A stretch of 64,000 nt of DNA from Spirochaetia bacterium (GTDB lineage Bacteria > Spirochaetota > Spirochaetia > DSM-27196 > Salinispiraceae): positions 46,302-110,301 of the forward strand of contig JBBRCZ010000010.1 of NCBI GenBank assembly GCA_038204425.1, in the 5' to 3' direction. The notes below the pieces were generated by a model that worked only from the letters and a program-made list of their open reading frames with translations, had not been told where the DNA came from and did no database searches. How positions within the stretch are numbered: the first letter of the stretch is position 1; every line of letters starts with the position of its first letter. The position numbers and the translations under genes were made by a program. Positions 39,268 through 48,772 of the stretch are shown one piece after another.

Positions 39268-40204
39268 GTCCTGCTAGTTTGTGGGCTTGCCAGTCTCTTG
39301 CCAAAAAGGTCATTGACTGCTGTTCTATCAGGCTGGGTGAGCCATCCATAAGTCTCAGATGAGCCAAATATTCTTGGTTTCCCTTGCGTCCTCGCACCCC
39401 TGCTCCCGCGATCTTGACCAAGCCAACTTGTTCTGCAGCCATCCGGCTTAGCAAGTCCTTTACAATGGGAAGCCCTAAGTCGTCGCCAACAACTCCCGCA
39501 AAAAACTGACCTTCTCCAGCGTCACTTGAGTCGGGCGACTGATTGCTTTTTTTTAGTGCCTTGTCATGGTGTTTTTTTTCAAACTGCGGCTTGATTAGCG
39601 CATAGAGATCATTGTCTTTACATAGGCTTAAGATATGACTCGCGACACCCTCTAAAGACCTAAATGACAAATCAGCTACAGCGGCATCCGGCATGGGTTG
39701 CAAGTGTTTAACGGTCATGATATTGCATCGTTCGTGCAGCCTAAGCTGGGGACAAGAGCGCAGCCGGTAGTCGATCAGGTTGTAGCCAACATCAACGGCG
39801 TGCACGAGCTGTACTCCTCGTAAGATCAAACAGTGGCTAAAGCCCCCGGTAGATGAGCCCGCATCAATAAAAATTTTTCCGCTGACATCAATTCCCCAAG
39901 CCTGCAAAACAGAGTCGAGCTTGTCCCCGGCACGAGAAACAAAGGGTCGCTGTGGTAAGTGGTAGTCGTCATTGCCTGCCAAGTTATCGCCGGGCCGCGT
40001 AGCTATTGACCGTTGTGGCTTATAGTTCGTTTGCCAAGCGGCTTTTACTCGACGTTTAGGATCACGACAGCGTTCATCGTTGAGACAAACATCACCACAG
40101 AGAATGTAGGCCAAGGCCTGTTCACGATTGATGCCGGCAAGGCGCAGATCGTACTTGCCTTGTTCTATAAACAAATCCAGCAGGGTTTGAGACTTTGGGC
40201 TCAT
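39260..40204 (-). CDS. tlyA: TlyA-family rRNA 2'-O-methyltransferase
   Basis: FVSRAGDKL, DAGSSTGGFS, AVDVG, DLSFRSL, LIKPQFE, GRKGNQEY. Confidence 0.92.
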   Translation of the reverse strand: MSPKSQTLLDLFIEQGKYDLRLAGINREQALAYILCGDVCLNDERCRDPKRRVKAAWQTNYKPQRSIATRPGDNLAGNDDYHLPQRPFVSRAGDKLDSVLQAWGIDVSGKIFIDAGSSTGGFSHCLILRGVQLVHAVDVGYNLIDYRLRSCPQLRLHERCNIMTVKHLQPMPDAAVADLSFRSLEGVASHILSLCKDNDLYALIKPQFEKKHHDKALKKSNQSPDSSDAGEGQFFAGVVGDDLGLPIVKDLLSRMAAEQVGLVKIAGAGVRGRKGNQEYLAHLRLMDGSPSLIEQQSMTFLARDWQAHKLAGLI

Positions 40205-40992
40205 ACCAAGGAACGAGAACTCATTCGTTCTATTGAAAGTGACTTGCCTGTTTGTGGATCAATGGTCATTAGCACTGCACGTAAGTAGGCCGGATTGCTA
40301 CTAACCTCGTTCTTGAGCGGCATCTGACTCAAACTTCGTTGGATACCAATTTCCGTATTGAAGCCAATGATGCTGTCTGCCGGACCACTTGCACCCACAT
40401 CGCTCAAATAAGCTGTACCCTTGGGCAAAATTCTCTCGTCAGCAGTTGGAATGTGCGTGTGAGTTCCTATCAAAGCACTAATCTCACCGTCAAGATACCA
40501 AGCTAAAGCTTCTTTTTCTTCGACCGCATCAGCGTGCATGTCAACAATAATACACTTGGTTTCGTTGCGTAGTTTGCGCACGGCTTCTTTTCCTTTTTTA
40601 AAAGGACAGTCGATAGCCCACATACGCGTTCGACCTTGTAGATTAAGCACACCAACTTTTTGACCTTTGACCTCAACCACGCACATGCCCTTACCTGGAT
40701 TAGGCGAGGGATAGTTGTAAGGGCGCAGCAAATTTGGCTGACTATCTAGGACAGGATAAAGCTCGCGATGGTGCCAAATATGATTGCCCGAAGTAATGAC
40801 ATGAATACCGCTGGCGAAGAATTGTTGCACAATTTCCGGCGTCATGCCAAAGCCGTCTGCAGCATTTTCACCATTTACAATTATTAAGTCAGCAGCGCTA
40901 TCACGCTTAAGAGCTGGTAAAAGGCTAATCATGGCACGTATACCTGCTTGCCCGATAATATCCCCTACCAAAAGCACTCGCAATTCTTTCAT
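40201..40992 (-). CDS. ymdB: TIGR00282/YmdB family metallophosphoesterase
   Basis: GDIIG, NGENAA.GFG, TSGNHIW, DMHA..EEK, GTHTHIPTAD; downstream of rny. Confidence 0.93.
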   Translation of the reverse strand: MKELRVLLVGDIIGQAGIRAMISLLPALKRDSAADLIIVNGENAADGFGMTPEIVQQFFASGIHVITSGNHIWHHRELYPVLDSQPNLLRPYNYPSPNPGKGMCVVEVKGQKVGVLNLQGRTRMWAIDCPFKKGKEAVRKLRNETKCIIVDMHADAVEEKEALAWYLDGEISALIGTHTHIPTADERILPKGTAYLSDVGASGPADSIIGFNTEIGIQRSLSQMPLKNEVSSNPAYLRAVLMTIDPQTGKSLSIERMSSRSLV

Positions 40993-41053
40993 CAAACTAC
41001 CTCAAAAAACTAAAAGACTATTCTTCATAGAAACAGTGCTCGCAACAACGTGC

Positions 41054-41082
41054 ATTCTATGCTGTCACAATCCGTGTGTCAC
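41054..41082 (-). promoter_or_regulatory. Putative sigma70 promoter of ymdB-tlyA
   Basis: GTGACA-N17-TAGAAT just downstream of the rny terminator. Confidence 0.6.
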
Positions 41083-41103
41083 TATGCTTCAAATTCCTAA
41101 AAC

Positions 41104-41132
41104 AAAAAAGGCCGTCCCAGAATGAGACGGCC
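41104..41132 (-). terminator. Intrinsic terminator of rny
   Basis: GGCCGTCTC-ATTCT-GGGACGGCC-TTTTTT on the minus strand. Confidence 0.85.
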
Positions 41133-41151
41133 AAATCTTATTGCCAATCAA

Positions 41152-42681
41152 TTAACGTGCATACTCAACAATTCGAGTCTCACGTATCATTGTTACTTTA
41201 ATGCGCCCTGGATACCGTAATTCGGCTTCGATTCGCTTGGCGATACTACGCGCCATATCGCGGGCCTCAGAGTCACTTACCTTCTCATGGTCTACCATAA
41301 TGCGTAGCTCACGACCAGCTTGAATAGCAAAAGCCTTATCTACACCCTCAAAGTCCTCTGCAATCTTTTCTAGTGTTTCAAGACGTTTAATGTAACTGTC
41401 GAGTGCTTCTCTTCGAGCGCCAGGCCTCGAGGCCGACAAGGCATCTGCAATCTGGACAATAACCGATTCCACGCAGTTGTGGGGTACGTCGCCATGATGT
41501 GCAGCAATCGCATTGATGACCCTTGGGTCTTCTCCCATACGTTTTGCAAGCTCAACTCCAAGTTCGACGTGGTTAGAGTCGCCATCGGATTCAATTCCCT
41601 TGCCTATATCATGTAAAAGACCGGCTCGTTTTGCAAGCTCACGATCAGCTCCAATTTCTGCCGCTAACATTCCTGACAAAATAGCAACTTCACGTGAGTG
41701 TGACAGTACGTTCTGACCATAACTCGTTCTAAACATAAGTCTGCCAAGACCACGCACGCCCTCAGGCTTCATGTGATGAATACCAAGGTCAAAAAGTGTC
41801 TTCTCGCCTTCTTCATAAATGTGCTGGCTCATTTCTTGAGTTACTTTTTGCACTATTTCTTCAATACGAGTCGGATGAATTCGTCCATCAGAAATAAGTC
41901 GCTCAAGGCTTCGCCTTGCAATCTCTTTGCGCACTGGATCAAAACAGGAAACCACCACAGCTTCTGGTGTATCGTCGATAATGACGTCTACTCCAGTCAA
42001 AGTCTCAAGTGTTCTAATGTTTCGACCCTCACGGCCAATGATACGACCCTTCATTTCATCGTTGGGCAGGGCAACTGACGAGATTGTAACCTCGGCATTA
42101 ACTTCACTTGCCATTCGTTGAATTGTAGAGATCATGATCTCCCGACCCTTGCGTTCGGCAGTGGCAAGAGTTTCCTGTTCAATCTTGTTGATCAGGACCT
42201 GCGCATCATGCCGAGCCTCATCCTCAAGGCCTGAAATAATCAGCTTTTTGGCCTCTTCCATACTGAGCCCAGAGATTCGTTCAAGCTCTCCCGTCAATTG
42301 AACTTTGAGTTCATCAAGTTCAAGTTCCTTCTCGGTTATCTTTCTCTCGCGATCAGTGTAAAGTTGTTGCTGTCTTTCGACAGACAACATCTTTTTATCC
42401 AGGTTTTCTTCCTTCTGTAAAAGACGGCTCTCTTTTTTTTGAAGTTCTCCGCGTCGTTCGCGAAGATCTTTTTCTTGTTGATTTCTCTCCCGCAATAACT
42501 CGTCTTTTGTCTCGACAACCATCCTCATTTTAAGAGTCTCGGCGTCCTTTAAAGCATCACGTTTTAGTCTCTCTGCCTTCTGTTCCGAAGACGAAAGCTG
42601 AAATCTGGCATAAAGCCATCGAATAATCCAACCTAGCACTAAACCGACAAGAGAAAGTGCAATACTTAGCAAAACTGGCAT
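41152..42681 (-). CDS. rny: Ribonuclease Y
   Basis: N-terminal TM, coiled coil, KH ([14 protein letters not shown]), HD (LLHDIGK), [10 protein letters not shown]. Confidence 0.98.
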   Translation of the reverse strand: MPVLLSIALSLVGLVLGWIIRWLYARFQLSSSEQKAERLKRDALKDAETLKMRMVVETKDELLRERNQQEKDLRERRGELQKKESRLLQKEENLDKKMLSVERQQQLYTDRERKITEKELELDELKVQLTGELERISGLSMEEAKKLIISGLEDEARHDAQVLINKIEQETLATAERKGREIMISTIQRMASEVNAEVTISSVALPNDEMKGRIIGREGRNIRTLETLTGVDVIIDDTPEAVVVSCFDPVRKEIARRSLERLISDGRIHPTRIEEIVQKVTQEMSQHIYEEGEKTLFDLGIHHMKPEGVRGLGRLMFRTSYGQNVLSHSREVAILSGMLAAEIGADRELAKRAGLLHDIGKGIESDGDSNHVELGVELAKRMGEDPRVINAIAAHHGDVPHNCVESVIVQIADALSASRPGARREALDSYIKRLETLEKIAEDFEGVDKAFAIQAGRELRIMVDHEKVSDSEARDMARSIAKRIEAELRYPGRIKVTMIRETRIVEYAR

Positions 42682-42710
42682 AGCACCCTCCACCTTAGTT
42701 AGTAGTTTCT

Positions 42711-42739
42711 AACTTAGGTTAACAAGAGGGCTTTGTCAA
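42711..42739 (-). promoter_or_regulatory. Putative sigma70 promoter of rny
   Basis: TTGACA-N17-TAAGTT. Confidence 0.7.
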
Positions 42740-42828
42740 TGGCATATGAGAATATCATTAAGACAACATTTGATATATTAGATATTATTGACTTAAGGTC
42801 GACATTCCTTTATTTTCAAAAATTTGGC

Positions 42829-44082
42829 CTAAAAAAAGGGTACTAAAGGCAGTCCAAAGACCACGATAGTCAACAACGCAGCCAAAAAGAGAGCTAGGTT
42901 TCGTTGTTTTCTTGGGGAATAAAGCATGACTCGGTCGCTATCAAGAGACTGATTTGTCGAAGCCAAATGGATTGCTTGGTGTTTAAAAAGTAGTCTGTCA
43001 ATGTCGGCCAAAAGCGTCTTGGCTCTGATGCTGGAGCGCTTGGACATTAGATTTTCATAGGCCAGAAACATCGATGCAATGGTAGCGCCGATTCGTCCAG
43101 GGATTTTGAGACTTTTGCGCACCGTGCCCAGAGAGATAAAAACCATGCCGATGATTGCCATAGACTTGTTGAGTCCATCCAGCAATGCACCTTGGGTAAT
43201 ACTTAGTCCGGCAATAACGACTAGTTCTTTGCCGTCAGGCAGAAAGAGATTAAAAAAACTTATGGAAAGTGCCAAAACCAAAAAGTAGCCAAACTGAATT
43301 TTTTTGCCTGCCAAAAGGACGAGTAATAGTAGAACTGCTAACTGTACTGCGCGCACGGTAATGTTTTGTTGCAAGACAAAGGCTAGCAAAAGTACCAGCC
43401 CCCAAACAAACATCGTCAAAGCACTCAAGTTGTTGCCAAAAAAATCCCAGCGTGCTGAGAGACGCCAGGATTTTCTACTTCTTTTTGCCGGTTTGCTCTG
43501 CGCAACAAAGGGTTCACCGTAGGTGATGTTAAGATACTGCAAGCCTCTGTTATCAATAAAGTCCTTATACCACAGCGAATGGCGCGAAAAAAGATGGGCT
43601 GCCATGCCGACAGCAAAACCGCTCACTAAGCCCAAACCCAAAAATACAGGCACGATAATCCAAGCTTGTTGACCAAATATGAACCACAGAGAAAGTTGAA
43701 CTTGAACCAAGTTGCTTGCCAATGAACCAGCAATTCCGATACCCAGCAGAGAAATATGCTTTCTAGCAAAGCGATGCAGCAAGAACATCAATGCTACACT
43801 AACTATGGTGCCACTGGCCGAAAAGAGAACTATGTAGCTCGCCAAGGTGCCGTTTACAAGAGCTTGACCCAAAACTTTGAGCAGCGCCAAAAGTGCAATT
43901 TGCTTGGGCAAAAATACTGATAGAACCAACAAAATTGGCAGATTTGCTAAACCAAGACGAAAGAAGGGAACGGGCTTGGGAACCAAGTATTCTATCACCG
44001 AAAAAAAGAGACAGAGAGCTCCAAAAAATGCGACTTCTTGCAGTTGATCTCGCGTAAGGTGGTTAAAAAAGCGTTCTTTCAT
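42829..44082 (-). CDS. Gx-transporter (heptaprenyl diphosphate synthase component I-like) protein with an extra C-terminal membrane domain
   Basis: IEY.VPKPVPFFRLGLANL, FSASGT, IS..GIGIAGSLASN..Q; second hydrophobic domain in the C-terminal half. Confidence 0.8.
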   Translation of the reverse strand: MKERFFNHLTRDQLQEVAFFGALCLFFSVIEYLVPKPVPFFRLGLANLPILLVLSVFLPKQIALLALLKVLGQALVNGTLASYIVLFSASGTIVSVALMFLLHRFARKHISLLGIGIAGSLASNLVQVQLSLWFIFGQQAWIIVPVFLGLGLVSGFAVGMAAHLFSRHSLWYKDFIDNRGLQYLNITYGEPFVAQSKPAKRSRKSWRLSARWDFFGNNLSALTMFVWGLVLLLAFVLQQNITVRAVQLAVLLLLVLLAGKKIQFGYFLVLALSISFFNLFLPDGKELVVIAGLSITQGALLDGLNKSMAIIGMVFISLGTVRKSLKIPGRIGATIASMFLAYENLMSKRSSIRAKTLLADIDRLLFKHQAIHLASTNQSLDSDRVMLYSPRKQRNLALFLAALLTIVVFGLPLVPFF

Positions 44083-45058
44083 CTAGCTCCCGACTTTCAT
44101 CTATCTGCCGACTTTGACTTAGGACCTTGCCTTGTGACCATAAGCGGCCCTGATAATTCTTGTTGGCGATCATATACTTTCGAAGGTCGTCTGCAAATGC
44201 ATAGTTTTTGACTCCACCCCAATGGGGTGCAAGTATTCGCTGGGGTGGCGATTCGTTGAGAAAACGTTCGACAAGAATCTCGGGTGCCAAACGTTCTAAA
44301 AAGTCTATCACAAGTTGGCGATATTCAAGCAAGCTCGCAAATTGAAACTGCTCAGGACTTGTTGCAAAGCGTTTGGCGAGTGCGCTGCCGGCCAAAACTT
44401 GGAGATGGTGAAGTTTGATGCTATGTGGCTTAAGAAACGAAATTTTTTGGGCATGATCAACTTGTTCTTGATACGACTCTCCTGGTAAGCCCAGAATCAA
44501 ATGAGCGCCCAGTCGAAGTCCTCGGCTATGCGCCCGGTCAAAGGCTTGTTCTACGGCGGCAAAGTTGTGGCCACGGTTCATGCTCAGCAAAGTCTTATTC
44601 AAACAAGACTCAATACCAATCTCAAGAGCCAAAAAAGTACGCTGCGACAAGAGTGCAAGTGCATCGAGAAGACTGTCGCTTAAAGTGTCGGGTCGGGTGG
44701 AAATTAAGATGCCGCGTACTCCTGGCACTGTCAGCGCCTGTTGGCAATCGACGAGCAAGGTTTGCTGATCTCCCCAGGTGCTGGTATAACCTTGGAAGTA
44801 GACCAAGTAGTCTTGTTCGGCGCTCTTATGTTCAAAAAATTTTAGTCCTTCTTCAATCTGCTGGACGATGTCCTTGTTAGAACTACAGTAGGCCGGTAAA
44901 AAGCTTGTTCCGTCGCACCACGCGCAGGCTCCCAGTCCGTTTTGCCGGTTTGGGCAACTTGAGCCAGTGTTTACCGATATTTTTTGGACACGCTTAGCAA
45001 AAAAAGAGCGCAACCATAATCCATATTCTGCCCATGGTTGAGTATTTAGTGTCTTCAT
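44063..45058 (-). CDS. TIGR01212 family radical SAM protein (YhcC/YtqA-like)
   Basis: KISV..G.SCPNR..G.GAC.WC, YFQGYTST, STRPD, EIGIES, MNRGH, HLILGLPGE, IKLHHL. Confidence 0.92.
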   Translation of the reverse strand: MKTLNTQPWAEYGLWLRSFFAKRVQKISVNTGSSCPNRQNGLGACAWCDGTSFLPAYCSSNKDIVQQIEEGLKFFEHKSAEQDYLVYFQGYTSTWGDQQTLLVDCQQALTVPGVRGILISTRPDTLSDSLLDALALLSQRTFLALEIGIESCLNKTLLSMNRGHNFAAVEQAFDRAHSRGLRLGAHLILGLPGESYQEQVDHAQKISFLKPHSIKLHHLQVLAGSALAKRFATSPEQFQFASLLEYRQLVIDFLERLAPEILVERFLNESPPQRILAPHWGGVKNYAFADDLRKYMIANKNYQGRLWSQGKVLSQSRQIDESRELDERTLF

Positions 45059-45061
45059 GAA

Positions 45062-45135
45062 TGAGAACGGCGGGGTTCGAACCCACGACCTTCGGCTCCG
45101 GAGGCCGACGCTCTATCCAGCTGAGCTACGTTCCC
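45062..45135 (-). tRNA. tRNA-Arg(CCG)
   Basis: GGGAACG..TAGCTCAGCTGGATAGAGC..TCGGC-CT-CCG-GA-GCCGA..GGTTCGAACC..CGTTCTC-A; CCA not encoded. Confidence 0.97.
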
Positions 45136-45188
45136 GAGAGACTCACAGTGCAGTATGCAAGCCGTCATGTCAACAAGACCAAAGGCGT

Positions 45189-46313
45189 CTAGAGGTCAAT
45201 ATCACTGCCGCAGTCTCGCAAGCGCGCCCTTAGGTAGACTCGGTCCAGACTTAAATCCTTGGCCAAATCAGAGAATTGGCTCGCCTTGAGCAGTTTGGCC
45301 TCAGTAAATAAGTAAAGAAGAGCTCGCTCGGCAAGGCAGGGTAAATCTAAACTGCGAAGAATTTCTTGGCTATGTCTGTTGCTTGAAGTAAACTTTTGAA
45401 TAAAATTATTGGCTAGTGCCGAATCTCTAACACTTTGTGACAGCAGTGTAAGTTCGCCCTGCAAGGGTTCGCAATTGCCCCGCATAGCTTCTTGACCGAG
45501 TGGCTTTAAGACTAAGAAAGTGTATTCTTTACCTGGTAAATAATGGTGCTCTTCACAGCGTGCGCAGTAGTTGGGCTCACGCGGATTGTTCTTTATTCGA
45601 TCTCCACCAACAATCAGCAGTGGGTCAAAATAAGGAGCCGGACATTCTTGCCCGTCGATGAGATAGTAGCGGTAGGTGTGGGTGGCGTCGTTGAGACAGT
45701 CGGGATGCTCACAATAGGCAGTCAAGGCAAAAAGATCGCTTGCGGTGTCTATCAGAAAACGAGCCGTGGTGTTAAAAATCTCACGTCGGAAGTTGAGTAT
45801 CAAGGTTGGAAAGATAAAAATACGCCCATTGACTTCGCTCTCTCGTTTGACAACCCAAGCCAATCTTTCGTCATAAAAACTGGCTTCGTCGATGATCCAC
45901 GTGCCAATTTGGGGGTGCTTGGCAAGCAGCTCTTCAAGTTCAAAACTATCCCGCATAAAGGAAGTGCTGCCACCCAGGCGCTCGTAACCGCCACGATACG
46001 CTAAGGCATCGGCGGGATAGTCCAAAAAGCGCCCACTGTCCAAACTCGAGCGAACAAAAAAAACCTTGCGACGGTCGGCCTGGCCAGTGGTACATAGTTG
46101 TCCAATTTGAGGCGACTTTTTTAGTGCAATTAACGAGTCTCGCCAGACCCTGGCTGAGTATTCGGTCTTTCCAGACCCCATTGGGCCGATGACCAAGATG
46201 CGTCGGCCAGCTTTGCTAAAGTCAAAATGGTTGAGAGGATGATGTTGAACCAAGCGTGGCAAACCCAGACTTTGCAAAAAACTGTCATTTTGGTTGAGAG
46301 ATAACTCGTTCAT
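45189..46313 (-). CDS. tdk: Thymidine kinase (long spirochete type)
   Basis: GPMGSGKT, IIDEASF, LNFRREIF, zinc cysteines YC..C and YCARC..H; ATG overlaps the upstream stop. Confidence 0.88.
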   Translation of the reverse strand: MNELSLNQNDSFLQSLGLPRLVQHHPLNHFDFSKAGRRILVIGPMGSGKTEYSARVWRDSLIALKKSPQIGQLCTTGQADRRKVFFVRSSLDSGRFLDYPADALAYRGGYERLGGSTSFMRDSFELEELLAKHPQIGTWIIDEASFYDERLAWVVKRESEVNGRIFIFPTLILNFRREIFNTTARFLIDTASDLFALTAYCEHPDCLNDATHTYRYYLIDGQECPAPYFDPLLIVGGDRIKNNPREPNYCARCEEHHYLPGKEYTFLVLKPLGQEAMRGNCEPLQGELTLLSQSVRDSALANNFIQKFTSSNRHSQEILRSLDLPCLAERALLYLFTEAKLLKASQFSDLAKDLSLDRVYLRARLRDCGSDIDL

Positions 46314-47515
46314 GCACCACCCTTGTTGGCCCCGAGTTCCAATCCCAGTCGATTGTCGCACACAAATACTATGCTTTGCATGACACAGTCAGCAGGCAGT
46401 GGCTCTGTGCTTGCTTGTTCGTCCTTAATGTCATAGTCAGCCCACTCTTCTTTGATGGCAAATCCGGCTTGCTTGGCCAGTTGTCTAAACTCGGCGGGAT
46501 AATACATGCGCAGCGCAAAGTTGCGATCCCAAGTGGACTCGCTTTTTTGACCGCTGAAGTACCAGGTCAGTTCTTTTATTTGGCTGATGGGGTTGTAGCG
46601 GCTTTTTTGGTAGACTTCAATAGTCTCTTCGGCCGATTGAGAGTAGAAATTCTCAATGCACGTCAGTGACTGCCCATCGCCATCGAGGCCTGTCTGCTCT
46701 GGAACAAAGATGCTTGGAACAAATATTCCGCCTGGCAAGAGATGGTCTTTGACACTTGCAAAACAAGACAGAAGCTCCGCCTCGTTGAGCAAATGACTGA
46801 GAGTATTAAGCGGACAAATAATGGCTGCAAATTTTTGGCGATTGTTGTCTTGTCCAAGCAAGTCAAAATTGCTCATATTGGCCTGCACCAAAGTTAGCTT
46901 AAGGCCTTCTTGCTCTGCCTTCTGGCGAGCCAAAGCAAGGATTTCTGGCACCAAGTCTAGGCCCCAGACGTCTAAGCCTTTGGCCGCCAGAGCCCTGCCG
47001 ACGCGCGCATTACCGCAGCCAAGTTCCAAAACAGGTCCCTTAAGGCCGCTTAGCAGCTTGGTATAAAACACGACATCATCCAGAAAATCTTGGTTCATTT
47101 CGTCATAAAACGCTGCCAAACTGTAGAGTTGGCCAATCTCTGTTAAATGGACGTCATCATGCGCTTGTCCTTGTCCCTGTCTTGGCACCGGTTGATTCTT
47201 GCTAAGGTGGGTGTAGAGGGGAATTGCGCCGTAGGCGGGTTCTTCGTAGGGATGGGCGGCTACCATGGCAGAAATTACTGAGTCAATCAAATGGTCGGGA
47301 CAGACAAACTCAAGCCTAAGTTCTTCAACTTGGCTGAGCTGCCCCTGGGTGCCGCTAAAGGGGTCTGCCCCCGCCAATGGCATAAATTGCCCCTTGCCAC
47401 TTACCTGCCAAGCGCAATGCTGATAGGCGCCAATTTTTCCTGCTCCTAGAGCAAATACGGCGTCCTTGACTGTTTGAAGATGTTCGGCAGGCAAATAACA
47501 AAAAACCTGATACAT
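46310..47515 (-). CDS. Fusion: YqfO/NIF3 PII-like domain plus class I SAM-dependent methyltransferase
   Basis: N-terminus VKDAVFALGAGKIGAYQHCAW..G.GQFMP..GADP..AHPYEEPAY; C-terminus VLELGCGNAR, GLDL, HLLPGG. Confidence 0.85.
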   Translation of the reverse strand: MYQVFCYLPAEHLQTVKDAVFALGAGKIGAYQHCAWQVSGKGQFMPLAGADPFSGTQGQLSQVEELRLEFVCPDHLIDSVISAMVAAHPYEEPAYGAIPLYTHLSKNQPVPRQGQGQAHDDVHLTEIGQLYSLAAFYDEMNQDFLDDVVFYTKLLSGLKGPVLELGCGNARVGRALAAKGLDVWGLDLVPEILALARQKAEQEGLKLTLVQANMSNFDLLGQDNNRQKFAAIICPLNTLSHLLNEAELLSCFASVKDHLLPGGIFVPSIFVPEQTGLDGDGQSLTCIENFYSQSAEETIEVYQKSRYNPISQIKELTWYFSGQKSESTWDRNFALRMYYPAEFRQLAKQAGFAIKEEWADYDIKDEQASTEPLPADCVMQSIVFVCDNRLGLELGANKGGA

Positions 47516-47528
47516 AGTATTCTTGGTT

Positions 47529-48695
47529 CTACTTTTCGCTCAGTCCGCCGAACGAGTATACGATAGCTTCAGAATTGCCATTCTTAACTTTGCGCACATT
47601 ACTAGCTTTTTTGCCAATCAGAGCTTCAAAGTCGGGCCAAGTTGTTATGGCGTGTAACTGCCAACTAGGTTGTTTTCCCATAAGCCGTCCCATACCTTTG
47701 TAAAGCTCGGTAACGGTACCTCTTTCGCCCATACGTTCGGCGTAAGGTGGATTGGTAATGAGCATGGCATCGCTTGCAAGTTCTGGCGGGTTAACATGTA
47801 AGTCGTGGGTAAAAAACTTAAGCGACTCACTGATCTTCTTAGCCTGCGATTCTTCAAGGTCCAAGGATGTCAACCAACGACTAAGGTTAGAACGACCTAC
47901 TTCTACTATGCGTGAATCAACGTCACTGCCACAAATACGAACCAAGTGATCAAATTTTATACGCGTTCTAAGCTCTGCTTTGATCTCAGCATCAACTCGT
48001 GCGTCATAGGCAGCCATGTTCATTATGCCAAAATTTCTGCTCAGATTGGGCGCTACGTCAAAAGCGTAGCCCAATGCCTCAAGACAAATGGTGCCAGAAC
48101 CACAACAAGGATCCCAGAGCATTGTCTTGCGACGATAACCTGAAAGCAAGACCATGGCAGCTGCAATGGTCTCTTTGAGAGGTGCTGTACCAGCTTGGGT
48201 GCGCCAGCCACGCTGATGAAGCGGTTTACCTGATAAATCAAGACAAACCTTAACCAAGGCTTCATCTTGAAAAATCCTCACTTCGTGAACTTCCCCAGTC
48301 GTGTCGACTTTTTTGAGTTGATGTTTGTCCATCAATCGACCAAAAATTGCTTTTTGCGAAACGGATTGAATGTCCGGGATTGACGATAGGCTGGCCTTGT
48401 GCAGTCGAACTTTGTCAACCCGAATCGCTTGGTTGGGCTTAATCCAATCTTCCCAAGAAATAGCACGAATGCCTTCAAACAGACTGTCAAAATCGTCAGC
48501 CTCAAAACTAGATAGCTTTACAAATATACGTTCTGCGCAGCGCAAATTACGTAGTAGAAGCATGGTTTGCCTCAGATCAGCCTGGGTCTCAAAGTAGCCA
48601 GGGCCTGAGTCACCAATTTTAAAATCCATACTTCTCAGCTCATTGCCGAGGGCTCGCTCCATGCCCAGCGCGCAGGGTATATACAGGTTATACAT
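47529..48695 (-). CDS. THUMP-domain rRNA methyltransferase (RlmL/YpsC-like)
   Basis: DLSG.PLHQRGWR, APLKETIAAAMV, DPCCGSGT, ITNPPYAER. Confidence 0.9.
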   Translation of the reverse strand: MYNLYIPCALGMERALGNELRSMDFKIGDSGPGYFETQADLRQTMLLLRNLRCAERIFVKLSSFEADDFDSLFEGIRAISWEDWIKPNQAIRVDKVRLHKASLSSIPDIQSVSQKAIFGRLMDKHQLKKVDTTGEVHEVRIFQDEALVKVCLDLSGKPLHQRGWRTQAGTAPLKETIAAAMVLLSGYRRKTMLWDPCCGSGTICLEALGYAFDVAPNLSRNFGIMNMAAYDARVDAEIKAELRTRIKFDHLVRICGSDVDSRIVEVGRSNLSRWLTSLDLEESQAKKISESLKFFTHDLHVNPPELASDAMLITNPPYAERMGERGTVTELYKGMGRLMGKQPSWQLHAITTWPDFEALIGKKASNVRKVKNGNSEAIVYSFGGLSEK

Positions 48696-48772
48696 GAGAC
48701 TATGGTATCCTATGTGTCGCTTATGGTACACCCCCTGCCCTTTGCAGAAGCTTTTGGTGTAGACTGCAAGCT

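Noticed and set aside
42694..42828. 6S RNA upstream of rny
   Set aside because: The spacer is only about 135 bp, AT-rich, partly occupied by the promoter, and shows no long rod-like self-complementarity
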